64,000 nucleotides of DNA, taken from Pseudomonadota bacterium (lineage in GTDB: Bacteria; Pseudomonadota; Gammaproteobacteria; Burkholderiales; Ga0077523). Shown here piece after piece: positions 36,370-47,824 of the stretch (position 1 is its first letter; every line of letters starts with the position of its first letter). The stretch is taken from positions 878 through 64,877 of the forward strand of contig CAUJJX010000030.1 of assembly GCA_963205165.1 (NCBI GenBank), in the 5' to 3' direction. The translations under genes and the position numbers were made by a program. Below the pieces are notes generated by a model. That model saw nothing but the letters and a program-made list of their open reading frames with translations, made no database searches and was not told the DNA's origin.

Positions 36370-37620
36370 TCAGGCGCTGGCCATCTGCTGGAGTCGCGCG
36401 ATTCGTGCAGCCGCGGTCGGATGCGAATCGTAGAAGGCGGAGTGCAGCGGATCGGGCGTGAGGGTCGACGCGTTGTCCTTGTAGAGCCGGACGAGCGCCT
36501 CGGCGAGGTCGGTCGCGGACGCGTTCCGCGCAGCGTACGCATCGGCCTCGAATTCGTGTTTGCGGGAGTACATCGCCATCAGCGGGCGCAGCAGGAAGGT
36601 GAACACCGGCACGACCTGCATGAACAGCACGAGCGCCATCGCATCGGACGCCGGGGCGGCGACGTTCAGCCCTTCGTAGAACCACGCGGCGTCGCGGAGC
36701 AGTCCGAGGAGCCAGAGGAATCCGAGGCTCAGGCCGAAGGTCCAGGCGAGGCGCCGGAACACGTGGTTCATCTTGTAGTGGCCGAGTTCGTGAGCGAGGA
36801 CGGCCTCGATCTGTCCCGGTTCGAGGCGCGAGAGGAGCGTGTCGAAGAAGACGATCCGCTTCGCCTTTCCGAACCCGGTGAAGTACGCGTTGCCGTGACT
36901 GGAGCGGCGCGATCCGTCCATGACGAAGAGGCCCTGCGAGCGGAATCCGCACTTGGTCAGCAGCGCCTCGATGCGGCGACGGAGGTCGCCGTCGTCCATC
37001 GGCGAGAACTTGTTGAAGAACGGTGCGATGAAGGTCGGATAGACGATCAGCATCGTGACGCTGAAACCGGTCCAGACGAGCCAGACGAGCAGCCACCAGA
37101 GCGAGCCCGCCGACGCCATCAGCCAGAGCACCGCGAGCACGAGCGGCAGGCCGAACAGGGCGCCGACCACGGCCTGCTTCAGCATGTCGGCGAGGAACAT
37201 CCCGAGGGTCATCTTGTTGAAGCCGAACCGCGTCTCGACGCCGAAGACGCGGTAGAGATCGAGCGGCAGTTCGACGATCGCGGAGACCACGATGACGGCC
37301 GCCATGAACACGACGCCGCCGATGAGCCCCGGCCCGAACGCCGCTTCGGTCGCGCCGTGGATGGCCGCGAACCCGCCACCGAGGGTCAGGGCCAGCAGCA
37401 GCACGGCCTCGAGGACGACGCCCGCGGAGTTCAGCCGGGACCGTGCCGAGGAATAGTCGGCGGCCTTCTGATGGGCGGCCAGGTCGATCTGGCTGGCGAA
37501 CGGATCCGGGACGCGATCGCGATGTGCCTGGATGTGGCGGACGTGCCGTGCGGCAAGCCAGAGACGCGTACCGGTCGCGATGGCGAGTGCGGCGAGAAAC
37601 AGGGCGGTGAATGCGTTCAT
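36370..37620 (-). CDS. M48-family (Ste24/HtpX-like) zinc metalloprotease, membrane-bound
   Basis: It has several N-terminal TM helices, the HEXXH motif in LAHELGHYKMNH, GNAYFTGFG, and the third ligand region EFEADAYA. Confidence 0.88.
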   Translation of the reverse strand: MNAFTALFLAALAIATGTRLWLAARHVRHIQAHRDRVPDPFASQIDLAAHQKAADYSSARSRLNSAGVVLEAVLLLALTLGGGFAAIHGATEAAFGPGLIGGVVFMAAVIVVSAIVELPLDLYRVFGVETRFGFNKMTLGMFLADMLKQAVVGALFGLPLVLAVLWLMASAGSLWWLLVWLVWTGFSVTMLIVYPTFIAPFFNKFSPMDDGDLRRRIEALLTKCGFRSQGLFVMDGSRRSSHGNAYFTGFGKAKRIVFFDTLLSRLEPGQIEAVLAHELGHYKMNHVFRRLAWTFGLSLGFLWLLGLLRDAAWFYEGLNVAAPASDAMALVLFMQVVPVFTFLLRPLMAMYSRKHEFEADAYAARNASATDLAEALVRLYKDNASTLTPDPLHSAFYDSHPTAAARIARLQQMASA

Positions 37621-37691
37621 GAGGTGGCTTTCGGGTGGCGGTTCCGGGGACGGTGTGACAAAATTAACCGATTGAAATTCTGGAACTAATT

Positions 37692-38237
37692 ATGGCACAG
37701 GACGCTTCCAGGCTGATCTGGATCGACATGGAGATGAGCGGTCTTTCTCCCGACCAGGATCGCATTCTCGAACTCGCCGTGGTGATCACGACGTCGCAGC
37801 TCGAGGTCGTCGCGGAAGGCCCGGTTCTGGTGGTTCACCAGGACGACGCCGTGCTCGACGGGATGGATGCATGGAATCGCGGGACCCACGGCAAATCGGG
37901 CCTCACAGACCGCGTGAAGGCGTCTACGGTTCCCGAGGTCGATGCCGAAAGCCGGATGATCGCGTTTCTTGCCGAGCACGTGCCTGCGGGGGCGTCGCCG
38001 ATGTGCGGCAACTCGATCTGCCAGGACCGCCGCTTCCTCGCGCGCTACATGCCGAAGCTGGAGGAGTACTTCCACTACCGCAATCTGGACGTGAGCACGC
38101 TGAAGGAACTCGCGAAGCGCTGGAAGCCGGCGCTGCTGAACGGATTCAGCAAGCACGGCAAGCACGAGGCGCTGGCCGACATCTACGAGTCGATCGAGGA
38201 ACTCCGGTACTACCGGGAGCACTTCATCCGGCTGTGA
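37692..38237 (+). CDS. orn: Oligoribonuclease
   Basis: The DEDDh exonuclease motifs are [22 protein letters not shown] and [18 protein letters not shown]. The size is 181 aa. Confidence 0.93.
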   Translation: MAQDASRLIWIDMEMSGLSPDQDRILELAVVITTSQLEVVAEGPVLVVHQDDAVLDGMDAWNRGTHGKSGLTDRVKASTVPEVDAESRMIAFLAEHVPAGASPMCGNSICQDRRFLARYMPKLEEYFHYRNLDVSTLKELAKRWKPALLNGFSKHGKHEALADIYESIEELRYYREHFIRL

Positions 38238-38261
38238 CGTGGCGCCCGGGCCCCGCCGGGC

Positions 38262-38675
38262 TCAGGCGTGTCCGGCAGCCTTCAGGTGGGCCCCGAGTTC
38301 GGCGACGAGCCTGTCCACGAGCGGTTCCAGGGCGTCGGTCCCGGTGCGGGCCTTGTCGAGGTCGGCATGGCGCGCGGCCTGTTCGACCACGAATGCGGCG
38401 TCCCGGACGCGCTCCGCACCGAGGGTTGCCACGGTGCCCTTGAGCGTATGGGCGTGCCGGTGGGCCGTCGGCGCGTCGCCCGCGTCGAGCGAGGCCCGCA
38501 ATTCGGCGAGCTGCTTCGGGATCTCGCCACGGGCCAGATCCGCGACGTCGTTCAGGAGGTCCTCGTCGCCACCGATCATGTTGAGCGCCTCTTCTCGCCC
38601 GAACAGCGGCGCCGACGCGTCGTCGATGGCAACGCCGTGAGCGGGGTCTGAGGTATTTCGCAAGGGATCGTTCAT
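38262..38675 (-). CDS. Stand-alone Hpt (histidine phosphotransfer) domain protein
   Basis: HRHAHTLKGTVATLGA is the Hpt phospho-His motif within a four-helix-bundle-sized 137-aa protein. ATG at 38675 is used. The longer track ORF would start upstream of the pgi stop codon at 38782. Confidence 0.75.
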   Translation of the reverse strand: MNDPLRNTSDPAHGVAIDDASAPLFGREEALNMIGGDEDLLNDVADLARGEIPKQLAELRASLDAGDAPTAHRHAHTLKGTVATLGAERVRDAAFVVEQAARHADLDKARTGTDALEPLVDRLVAELGAHLKAAGHA

Positions 38676-38781
38676 GGCAGTCGTGGTCGTGTGATGTCGT
38701 TGTGGCGGATGCGCCAGGGGTGAGTCTCGCCCAGCCCCCGCGTTAACGGTAGCGTGGGCAGCGGCTGAAGCCCGGGCGCGA

Positions 38782-40422
38782 TCATGTGTTGCGGCCGACG
38801 CGATCGATGAGTCCGCGGGTGGATCCATCGAGGTTCGCCGCCGGGGTGCCGGCCCGGAGGCTGGCCAGCACCGTACCGGCGAGCTGCTTGCCGAGTTCCA
38901 CGCCCCACTGGTCGAACGGATTGATGTTCCAGAGGGTCGCCTGGACGAAGACGCGATGCTCGAACAGGGCGATCAGCGCCCCGAGTGCCTCCGGCGTCAG
39001 GCTGTCCATCACGATGGTCGTGCTCGGCCGGTTCCCCGGAAAGGCGCGGTAGGGTGCCAGTCGATCGGCCTCGGCCGGGTCGATGCCGTTACGGATCATT
39101 TCCGCCCCGGCCTCCGCCTCGGTCTTGCCGAACGCGAGCGCCTGCGACTGCGCGATGCAGTTGGCGAGCAGGATGTCGTGGTGCCCCTCGAGATCGTGCG
39201 CGCCGCGGGCCGCGAGGATGAAATCGGCGGGCACCATCTGCGTGCCCTGGTGCAGCAGCTGGAAGAACGCATGCTGTCCGTTCGTCCCCGGTTCTCCCCA
39301 GACGACAGGGCCGGTGTCGTAGTCGACCGGCCGGCCCGACCGGTCGGTGCGCTTGCCGTTGCTCTCCATGTCGAGCTGCTGGAGATAGGCCGGCAGGCGG
39401 TGCAGGTATTGCTCGTACGGCAGGACCGCCTGGGTCGCGCAACCGAGGAAGTTCCGGTACCAGACGCCCAGCAGACCGAGCAGGACCGGGGCGTTCGTTT
39501 CGAGCGGAGCCGTGCGGAAATGCCGATCCATCGCGTGGGCGCCACCCAGCAGCGACTCGAAACGGTCCATGCCGACGGCGATCGCGATGGGCAGACCGAT
39601 CGCCGACCAGAGCGAATAGCGCCCGCCGACCCAGTCCCAGAACTCGAACACGCGGTCCGGCGCGATGCCGAACGCGGCCGTCGCCTCGAGGTTCGTGCTG
39701 ATCGCGGCGAAATGCGTCGCGACCGCCCGCTCGTCGCGCAGACCGGACACCAGCCAGCGACGCGCCGACGCGGCGTTCGTCATGGTCTCCTGGGTGGTGA
39801 AGGTCTTCGACGACACGAGGAAGAGCGTTCTGGCCGGATCGAGGCCGCGCAGGCTCTCCACGAGGTGCGTGTCGTCGACGTTCGAGACGAATCGCACCTT
39901 CAGGTCCGGGCGGACATGGGCGCGCAACGCCTCGACCACCATCTGCGGGCCCAGGTCGGACCCGCCGATTCCGATGTTGACCACGGCGTCGAAGGGCTCA
40001 CCCCCGAGGCCCCGCAGCGCGCCGTCTCGGACGCCATCGCTGAACCGGCGCATCCGCGCGAGGACGCTTCGGACATCGGGCATCACGTCGCGACCGTCGA
40101 GCATGACCGGCTGTCCGGAGCGATCACGCAGCGCCGTGTGCAGGGCCGGACGTCGCTCGGTGTGATTCAGTCGGACGCCGCCGAACAGGTCGGCGATCGC
40201 GCTGTCCATGCCTTGCTGGCGGGCCAGCGCGACGAGGAGTTCGCGGGTGCGTGCCGTGACGAGATGCTTCGAGCAGTCGATGAACAGCGGACCGGCCGCG
40301 AGACTGAAATGCGCGAAGCGATCGGCGTCCGCATCGAACAAGGTCCGCAGGCTGAGGTCGCGGGCTGTCGCGGCGTGTTCGACCAGCGCTTGCCATGCAG
40401 GGCTTTCGACGAGGGCCGACAT
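38782..40422 (-). CDS. pgi: Glucose-6-phosphate isomerase
   Basis: PGI motifs are present: DFSKHLV-like CSKHLV, VNIGIGGSDLGP, FLVSSKTFTTQET and GEPGTNGQHAFFQLLHQG. ATG at 40422 follows GGAGGA. Confidence 0.93.
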   Translation of the reverse strand: MSALVESPAWQALVEHAATARDLSLRTLFDADADRFAHFSLAAGPLFIDCSKHLVTARTRELLVALARQQGMDSAIADLFGGVRLNHTERRPALHTALRDRSGQPVMLDGRDVMPDVRSVLARMRRFSDGVRDGALRGLGGEPFDAVVNIGIGGSDLGPQMVVEALRAHVRPDLKVRFVSNVDDTHLVESLRGLDPARTLFLVSSKTFTTQETMTNAASARRWLVSGLRDERAVATHFAAISTNLEATAAFGIAPDRVFEFWDWVGGRYSLWSAIGLPIAIAVGMDRFESLLGGAHAMDRHFRTAPLETNAPVLLGLLGVWYRNFLGCATQAVLPYEQYLHRLPAYLQQLDMESNGKRTDRSGRPVDYDTGPVVWGEPGTNGQHAFFQLLHQGTQMVPADFILAARGAHDLEGHHDILLANCIAQSQALAFGKTEAEAGAEMIRNGIDPAEADRLAPYRAFPGNRPSTTIVMDSLTPEALGALIALFEHRVFVQATLWNINPFDQWGVELGKQLAGTVLASLRAGTPAANLDGSTRGLIDRVGRNT

Positions 40423-40463
40423 GGAGTCCTCCGAGGGGCGAGGTCGCAATTCTACTGGGACCG

Positions 40464-40492
40464 AAAAACAAAAAGCCCCCTTTGCAGGGGGC
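40464..40492 (-). terminator. Intrinsic terminator of the phasin gene
   Basis: On the minus strand, GCCCCC-TGCAAA-GGGGGC (40475-40492) is followed by TTTTTGTTTTT (40474-40464). It lies 28 nt after the phasin stop. Confidence 0.8.
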
Positions 40493-40519
40493 TTCTCGAG
40501 CGGAGCCGGACCGACTGGC

Positions 40520-41065
40520 TTATGCCGCTTTCTTGCGCGCGCCGTTGGCCGGCGTGGTCGAGGAAGCGACGGCCTGGATCGAGGCTTCCGTCATTTCCGC
40601 GAACTGCTTCCCGGCCTTGGTCGCTGCGTCGTAGGCCTGATTGGCCGACGAGAGTGCCGTCTTGACGGCGTTCATGGCCACGTCCGAACCCGCCGGTGCC
40701 GACTTCGCGGTCTGGTCAACGAAGGCGGTCACGCGCTTGTTGAACTCGTTCACCTGGGTGTCGAAGAACTTGGCGAACTCGCCCTGGACTTCGCTCAGGA
40801 GCGTCTGCACGCCGCGAGCGTAGGCAAGCGTCTGTTCACCGACGGGCTGCGCGATGCTCGACGCGGCCTGACCGAATTCGGGGAGATCCTTGGCTGCTGC
40901 AAGTGTCCGGGCGCTGGAGACGCTGTCGGCCAGGGCTGCCTGCGAACACTGGAACTGGAACTGAGCCAGCTTCTCCGCGTTGTCGGCAAACAGGCTGGTG
41001 TAGTCCAGCAGAGCGTGAATGTTGCTTTTGTTGAATGCCACGAGTTGTTCGGGGATTGCGTACAT
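40520..41065 (-). CDS. phaP: Phasin (PHA granule-associated protein, PhaP family)
   Basis: The 181-aa Ala/Gln-rich helical protein begins MYAIPEQLVAFNKSNIHALLDYTSLFADNAEKLAQFQ, typical of the betaproteobacterial phasin family. It has a strong RBS (GGAGGGAAAA) and its own promoter and terminator. Confidence 0.8.
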   Translation of the reverse strand: MYAIPEQLVAFNKSNIHALLDYTSLFADNAEKLAQFQFQCSQAALADSVSSARTLAAAKDLPEFGQAASSIAQPVGEQTLAYARGVQTLLSEVQGEFAKFFDTQVNEFNKRVTAFVDQTAKSAPAGSDVAMNAVKTALSSANQAYDAATKAGKQFAEMTEASIQAVASSTTPANGARKKAA

Positions 41066-41129
41066 GATTTTCCCTCCAAGGAAAGCAATGCCGGAACACC
41101 GTTATGGTGCGCCGCAAAATCAGAGTTGG

Positions 41130-41157
41130 ATTCTAGGTCCATATCCCGTACTGTCAA
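41130..41157 (-). promoter_or_regulatory. Near-consensus sigma70-type promoter for the phasin gene
   Basis: The minus strand reads TTGACA (41157-41152), a 16-nt spacer, then TAGAAT (41135-41130). That places the predicted TSS about 57 nt upstream of the phaP ATG. Confidence 0.55.
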
Positions 41158-41318
41158 CAGAAGAATCAAGATGATGAGCGGTTTTGATGTGTTGCAGCAA
41201 AACTACGGCGTCATGGGGTCCTCGCCCACGCCGGTGGGCCGTCCCCGGGTACCGCGCAGCAGTCCCGGCGCCCGCCGCCCGGGGGTGTCCCCGCGCCGAC
41301 TCCAGGAGGCGACGCCCC

Positions 41319-43802
41319 ATGCCTGCCTTCCCTGAAAGCGTTCTCGACATGCACGTTTCCGATGACGATTCCGACGTCGCGCTCGACCGCATCATCGAGG
41401 CGATCCAGCAGCCCCTCGCGGCCTTCGCGCCGGACGGTCGCCTGCGCGCGTCCAACGGCGCCTTCCGGGCCGCGTTCGCGCGGCTCTATGGCTGCTCGAT
41501 CGGGACGGGCGACGTCGTGTGCCAGCGGATCGGTCCGCAGTCACCCGATGCCGAACGCGGCCGCGGGCTGCTTGCGCGGGCGCTGGCCGGCGAATCCTTC
41601 TCCGCCGCCGTCGAGTTCGGCGACCCGCAGATGCAGCGCGAGTTGTACGAGGTCTACTTCGGTCCCGTGCGCGGCAGCGACGGGACCGTGGTCGGCGCGG
41701 CCTTCTCGGCCCTCGACATCACGGAACGCACGCGCACGGAAGCGCTGCTTCGCGAGAGCGAGCAGCGGTTCCGCGATCTCGCCGCGAACCTGCCCGGCGC
41801 CGCGTACCAGTGGGTGGAGCGCGCCGACGGCAGCCGCGGCTTCGTCTGGGTCAGCCCGCGGCTCGGCGAACTCTTCGGCCTGACCGAGGCGCAGATCGCC
41901 GATCCGTCCTCGTTCATCCATCCCGACGATCTCCAGCGCTGGCGGGACTCCATCGAGAAGTCCCGGGTGACGGGCGGCGTCTGGAACTTCGAGGGTCGAT
42001 TGCAGCGTCCGGACGGCACGACACGCTGGTGGCAGGGTATCTCCCGGCCGAGTCGTGTCACGGATGCCGAGGTCGTCTACAACGGCGTGATGCTCGACAT
42101 CACCGACCGCAAGGTCGCCGAGAACGAACTGCGACTGGCGGCCAACGTATTCGAGAGCAGCCAGGAAGCGGTGATGATCATGGACGAGGCCCGCCGGGTC
42201 GTGTCCGTGAACCGCGCGTTCACAGCGGTGACCGGCCTGCGCCGCGACGAGGTCGTGGGGCATCTCCCGGTCGTGCTCGAGTCCGGTCGCCACGATGCCG
42301 ACTTCCTCGAGAGCCTCTGGATCGCCGCGCAGGACGACGCTGGCTGGGAGGGCGAGCTGTGGCTGCGCCGCCGGGATCAGCTCGTGTTTCCCGCCTGGAC
42401 ACGGTTGAGCGCCGTGCGTGACGAAGCGGGTGCCGTGACGCACTACATCGGGATCTTCGACGACGTCTCGGAGCGCAAGGCGCAGGAAGCCCGCATCCAC
42501 CATCTCGCGCAGCACGACTTCCTGACGGGCCTGCCGAACCGCGCGCTCCTGGAAGACCGCATGCGCAAGGCGCTGCCGCTCGCCCAGCGGACGGCATCGC
42601 GGGTCGCCGTGCTGTTCCTCGACCTCGATCGCTTCAAGATGATCAACGATTCGCTCGGTCACCAGATGGGTGACCAGCTCCTGAAGCAGGTGGCCCGACG
42701 GCTCGCCGGCTGCGTGCGCGCGGCCGACACCGTGAGCCGGCAGGGCGGCGACGAATTCGTCCTGCTGCTTCAGGACATCGCCGAGCCCGGCGACGTCGCG
42801 GCTGTTGCCCGGAAAGTGCTCGAGGTCATCGCGGAACCCTTCTCGATCGACGGGATGAATCTCTCGGTCACCCCCTCGATCGGCATCGCGGTCTACCCCG
42901 AGGACGGCACCGAATTCCCCGCGCTCCTGAAGAACGCCGACGCGGCGATGTATCACGCGAAGTCCGTCGGCCGGAACAACTACCAGTTCTTCACGGCGGA
43001 CATGAACGCCCGCGTCCTCGAGCGCGTCGATATCGAGGCGCGACTCCGGCGCGCGCTCGCACGCAACGAGTTCCGGCTGCACTACCAGCCACGCATCGAA
43101 CTCGCGACCGGCCGCATCGCCGGACTCGAGGCGCTGCTGCGCTGGACCGATCCCGACCTCGGTGTGATGCCGGCGGAGCGTTTCATCCCCGTCGCAGAGG
43201 AATCCGGGCTCATCATCTCGGTCGGCGAATGGGTGATCCGCGAGGTCTGCCGCCAGTGCGCGGCGTGGCGCGACGATCCGCACTTCGACGTGCCGGTGTC
43301 GGTGAACGTGTCGGCCGTGCAGTTCCGGCAGCGGGGACTCGAAGAGGTGATCGAATCGGCGCTCGCGGCCAATGCGATTCCGCCGGCGAAGCTCGAACTG
43401 GAACTGACCGAGAGCGCGATCATCGAGGACGTCGAACAGGCCCGCGGGATGCTCGACCGCCTCAAGTCGCGCGGGATCCGGCTGTCGGTCGACGACTTCG
43501 GGACGGGCTACTCGTCGCTCGCGTATCTGCGACGCCTGCCCATCGACCGGCTCAAGATCGACCGGTCGTTCGTGAACGACGTGACCGACGATCCGGAGGA
43601 TGCCGTCATCACGACCGCGATCATCGGGATGGCGAAGACGCTCGGGCTGAAGACGCTCGCGGAGGGAGTCGAGACACCGGCCCAGCTCGCGTTCTTCCGG
43701 GATCGCGGCTGCGACGAGGCCCAGGGCTATCTGCTCGCACGGCCGATGGCGCCCGACACGCTGCTCGCCTGGCTGGAAGGACGCGGCGACCGGATGCTCT
43801 GA
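41319..43802 (+). CDS. Cytoplasmic PAS-PAS-PAS-GGDEF-EAL c-di-GMP signalling protein
   Basis: The 827-aa product has ATG at 41319, 9 nt after CAGGAGG. It has three PAS-like repeats. The GGDEF motif is RQGGDEFVLLL. The EAL domain is shown by LEALLRW, ELTESA and DDFGTGYSSL. Confidence 0.88.
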   Translation: MPAFPESVLDMHVSDDDSDVALDRIIEAIQQPLAAFAPDGRLRASNGAFRAAFARLYGCSIGTGDVVCQRIGPQSPDAERGRGLLARALAGESFSAAVEFGDPQMQRELYEVYFGPVRGSDGTVVGAAFSALDITERTRTEALLRESEQRFRDLAANLPGAAYQWVERADGSRGFVWVSPRLGELFGLTEAQIADPSSFIHPDDLQRWRDSIEKSRVTGGVWNFEGRLQRPDGTTRWWQGISRPSRVTDAEVVYNGVMLDITDRKVAENELRLAANVFESSQEAVMIMDEARRVVSVNRAFTAVTGLRRDEVVGHLPVVLESGRHDADFLESLWIAAQDDAGWEGELWLRRRDQLVFPAWTRLSAVRDEAGAVTHYIGIFDDVSERKAQEARIHHLAQHDFLTGLPNRALLEDRMRKALPLAQRTASRVAVLFLDLDRFKMINDSLGHQMGDQLLKQVARRLAGCVRAADTVSRQGGDEFVLLLQDIAEPGDVAAVARKVLEVIAEPFSIDGMNLSVTPSIGIAVYPEDGTEFPALLKNADAAMYHAKSVGRNNYQFFTADMNARVLERVDIEARLRRALARNEFRLHYQPRIELATGRIAGLEALLRWTDPDLGVMPAERFIPVAEESGLIISVGEWVIREVCRQCAAWRDDPHFDVPVSVNVSAVQFRQRGLEEVIESALAANAIPPAKLELELTESAIIEDVEQARGMLDRLKSRGIRLSVDDFGTGYSSLAYLRRLPIDRLKIDRSFVNDVTDDPEDAVITTAIIGMAKTLGLKTLAEGVETPAQLAFFRDRGCDEAQGYLLARPMAPDTLLAWLEGRGDRML

Positions 43803-43830
43803 GCGTTCTCGCGCCGTGGGGTAGAAATGA

Positions 43831-43856
43831 AAATGCCCGGCATTGCCGGGCATTTT
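43831..43856. terminator. Bidirectional intrinsic terminator between convergent genes
   Basis: AAATGCCCGGC (43831-43841) pairs with GCCGGGCATTT (43845-43855) around the loop ATT, giving a perfect 11-bp stem. It is flanked by an A-run on the 5' side and a T-run on the 3' side, so it reads as hairpin plus U-tract on both strands. Confidence 0.75.
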
Positions 43857-43900
43857 CACGACTGTCGCCGAGAACGGGCGCGCGGCCCGTTCCGTTACGG

Positions 43901-45088
<1,188 letters not shown>

Positions 45089-45137
45089 GGTCTTTTCCTG
45101 TGCCGGGAGCCCGCGGACGGGCTCTTCGAATGAAAGT

Positions 45138-46316
45138 TCAGCGCTCGATCGCGAGTGCGACACCCATGCCGCCGCCGATGCAGAGGCTCGCGAGGCCCTT
45201 CTTCGCGTCGCGGCGGATCATCTCGTGCAGCAGCGTCACGAGGATCCGGCACCCCGACGCCCCGATCGGGTGACCGATCGCGATGGCACCGCCGTTCACG
45301 TTGACCTTCGAGGTGTCCCAGCCCATGTCGCGATTGACCGCGATGGCCTGGGCCGCGAAGGCTTCGTTGATCTCCATGAGGTCGAGGTCCTGGTGCGTCC
45401 AGCCGGCCTTCGACAGGCACAGTCGGCTGGCGGGCACCGGGCCCATCCCCATGATCTTCGGATCGACGCCGGCGGACGAGTACGCCTTGATCCGCGCGAG
45501 CGGCGTGATCCCGAGTTCCTTCGCCTTGCGGGCGGACATCAGCATCACGGCCGCGGCGCCATCGTTGAGACCGGACGCGTTGCCGGCCGTCACGGTCCCT
45601 GCCTTGTCGAACGCCGGCCGGAGCGCGGCGAGGGTCTCGACGGTCGTGCCGTGCTTCGGGTACTCGTCGGTGTCGAACATCACGGGCGGACCCTTCCGGC
45701 TGGGCAGCTCCACGCCGACGATCTCGTCCTTGAACCTGCCGGCCTTCTGCGCGGCCTCGGCCTTCTGCTGCGAGGCGGCGGCGAATTCGTCCTGGTCGGC
45801 GCGGGTCACGCCGAACTTCGCGGCGACGTTCTCGGCCGTCGTGCCCATGTGGTAGTTGTTGTAGGCGTCCCACAGGCCGTCGACGATCATCGAGTCGACC
45901 AGCTTGCCGTCGCCCATCCGGAAGCCGTCGCGGGAGCCGTGCATCACGTGCGGCGAGGCGCTCATGTTTTCCTGACCGCCAGCGATCACGATGTCGGCGT
46001 CACCGGCCTTGATGGCCTGGGCCGCGAGGTGCGTTGCCTTCAGACCGGAGCCGCAGACCTTGTTGATGGTCATCGCCGGGACCATGTCGGGCAGGCCGGC
46101 GAAGATCGCGGCCTGGCGGGCGGGGTTCTGGCCGGAACCGGCCGTCAGCACCTGCCCCAGCAGGACTTCGTTCACGAGCTCGGGGGCGACGCCCGTGCGT
46201 GCGAGCAGCGCCCGGATCACGGCTGCGCCGAGTTGCGGTGCCGGCATCTTCGCCAGCGAACCGCCGAACTTGCCCACTGCGGTGCGTACTGCACCGACGA
46301 TCACCACGTCGTCCAT
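45138..46316 (-). CDS. phaA: Acetyl-CoA acetyltransferase, PhaA-like
   Basis: The 392-aa product is near-collinear with Cupriavidus PhaA: [73 protein letters not shown] and [18 protein letters not shown] at 46316 follows GGAGAG. Confidence 0.93.
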   Translation of the reverse strand: MDDVVIVGAVRTAVGKFGGSLAKMPAPQLGAAVIRALLARTGVAPELVNEVLLGQVLTAGSGQNPARQAAIFAGLPDMVPAMTINKVCGSGLKATHLAAQAIKAGDADIVIAGGQENMSASPHVMHGSRDGFRMGDGKLVDSMIVDGLWDAYNNYHMGTTAENVAAKFGVTRADQDEFAAASQQKAEAAQKAGRFKDEIVGVELPSRKGPPVMFDTDEYPKHGTTVETLAALRPAFDKAGTVTAGNASGLNDGAAAVMLMSARKAKELGITPLARIKAYSSAGVDPKIMGMGPVPASRLCLSKAGWTHQDLDLMEINEAFAAQAIAVNRDMGWDTSKVNVNGGAIAIGHPIGASGCRILVTLLHEMIRRDAKKGLASLCIGGGMGVALAIER

Positions 46317-46477
46317 GACTGTTCTCTCCGGATTGTCGATTTCGCCACGGCCTCGGCGTGCATTGCGTCGGGCCGGGTGTTGCGCTGCAAGAGCGCCCGG
46401 CAGTCTACGCGCGGGCCGCGAAAGCTGTCGAGACCATGGTGCGTCACAGCATCCGGCATCGGTGGCGTGAGCAGACC

Positions 46478-46873
<396 letters not shown>

Positions 46874-46944
46874 GGCAGCGTCGTCCGCCTTGCCCTGCAC
46901 GTCGATACGTTCATTCGCACTGGCATCCGTAGTGTCAACAGGTC

Positions 46945-47814
46945 CTAGTGCCGGGTCGGACCCGGCGGATTCTGGACGGCCGCCGCGAAGACCTGTTCGG
47001 CGTCGACGCTGTCGAGCACATAGCGCTTCCGGCAGAACTCGCACGTGACCTCGATCTTGCCGCGCTCCTCGAGGATGGAGTGCACCTCGGCCTGGCCGAG
47101 CATCCGCAGCATTCCGGTGACGCGCTCCCGCGAGCACGAGCAGCGGAAGGCGAGCGGCGTCGCCTCGAAGACCCGGACGTCCTCTTCGTGGAACAGCCGG
47201 CGCATCACTTCGCGCGCGGGCAGGCGGAGCAGTTCGTCGCGCTTGATCGTCCCGGCGAGATGGTTGATGCGTGCCCACGCATCGGCGTCGTGGTCGTCGT
47301 CCGCGGGGAGCTTCTGGATGAGCATCCCGGAGGCCTGCTGGTCGTCGCACGCCAGCCAGAGCTTCGTCTCGAGCTGCTCGGATGTCGCCATGTAGTGCTC
47401 GAGCACGTCGGCGACGCTGTCGCCGTGGACGTCGACGATGCCCTGGTACGTCTGGGCACCGTCCTTCGGGACGAGCGAGATGACGAAGCGGCCGTCGCCG
47501 ACGAGGCTCGCGAGGGAGCCCTCGACGAGATCGCCGGTCCAGTTGGCGGTCGCGCGGAGCGTGCCTTCACTCGTCACTTCGACCACGAGCAGCGTGACGG
47601 GGCCGCTGCCCTGCAGCTGCATGATCAGCGAGCCGTCGAATTTCAGCGTCGCGGAGAGCAGGGCGCCCGCGGCCATGAGTTCGCCGAGGAGCATGCGCAG
47701 TGGCTCGGGGTATTCGTGGCGTTCGAGCACGGCGCGCCAGGTCGCATCCAGATGGACCAGATGACCCCGGACGGGGGTGTTCTCGAACAGGAAGCGCTGG
47801 AGGGAATCGGTCAT
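46945..47814 (-). CDS. hslO: Hsp33 redox-regulated chaperone
   Basis: FLFENTPVRGHLVHLDATW is the Hsp33 N-terminal motif. The C-terminal zinc switch is CSCS...CEFCRKRY. Confidence 0.92.
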   Translation of the reverse strand: MTDSLQRFLFENTPVRGHLVHLDATWRAVLERHEYPEPLRMLLGELMAAGALLSATLKFDGSLIMQLQGSGPVTLLVVEVTSEGTLRATANWTGDLVEGSLASLVGDGRFVISLVPKDGAQTYQGIVDVHGDSVADVLEHYMATSEQLETKLWLACDDQQASGMLIQKLPADDDHDADAWARINHLAGTIKRDELLRLPAREVMRRLFHEEDVRVFEATPLAFRCSCSRERVTGMLRMLGQAEVHSILEERGKIEVTCEFCRKRYVLDSVDAEQVFAAAVQNPPGPTRH

Positions 47815-47824
47815 CGACGGGGCA

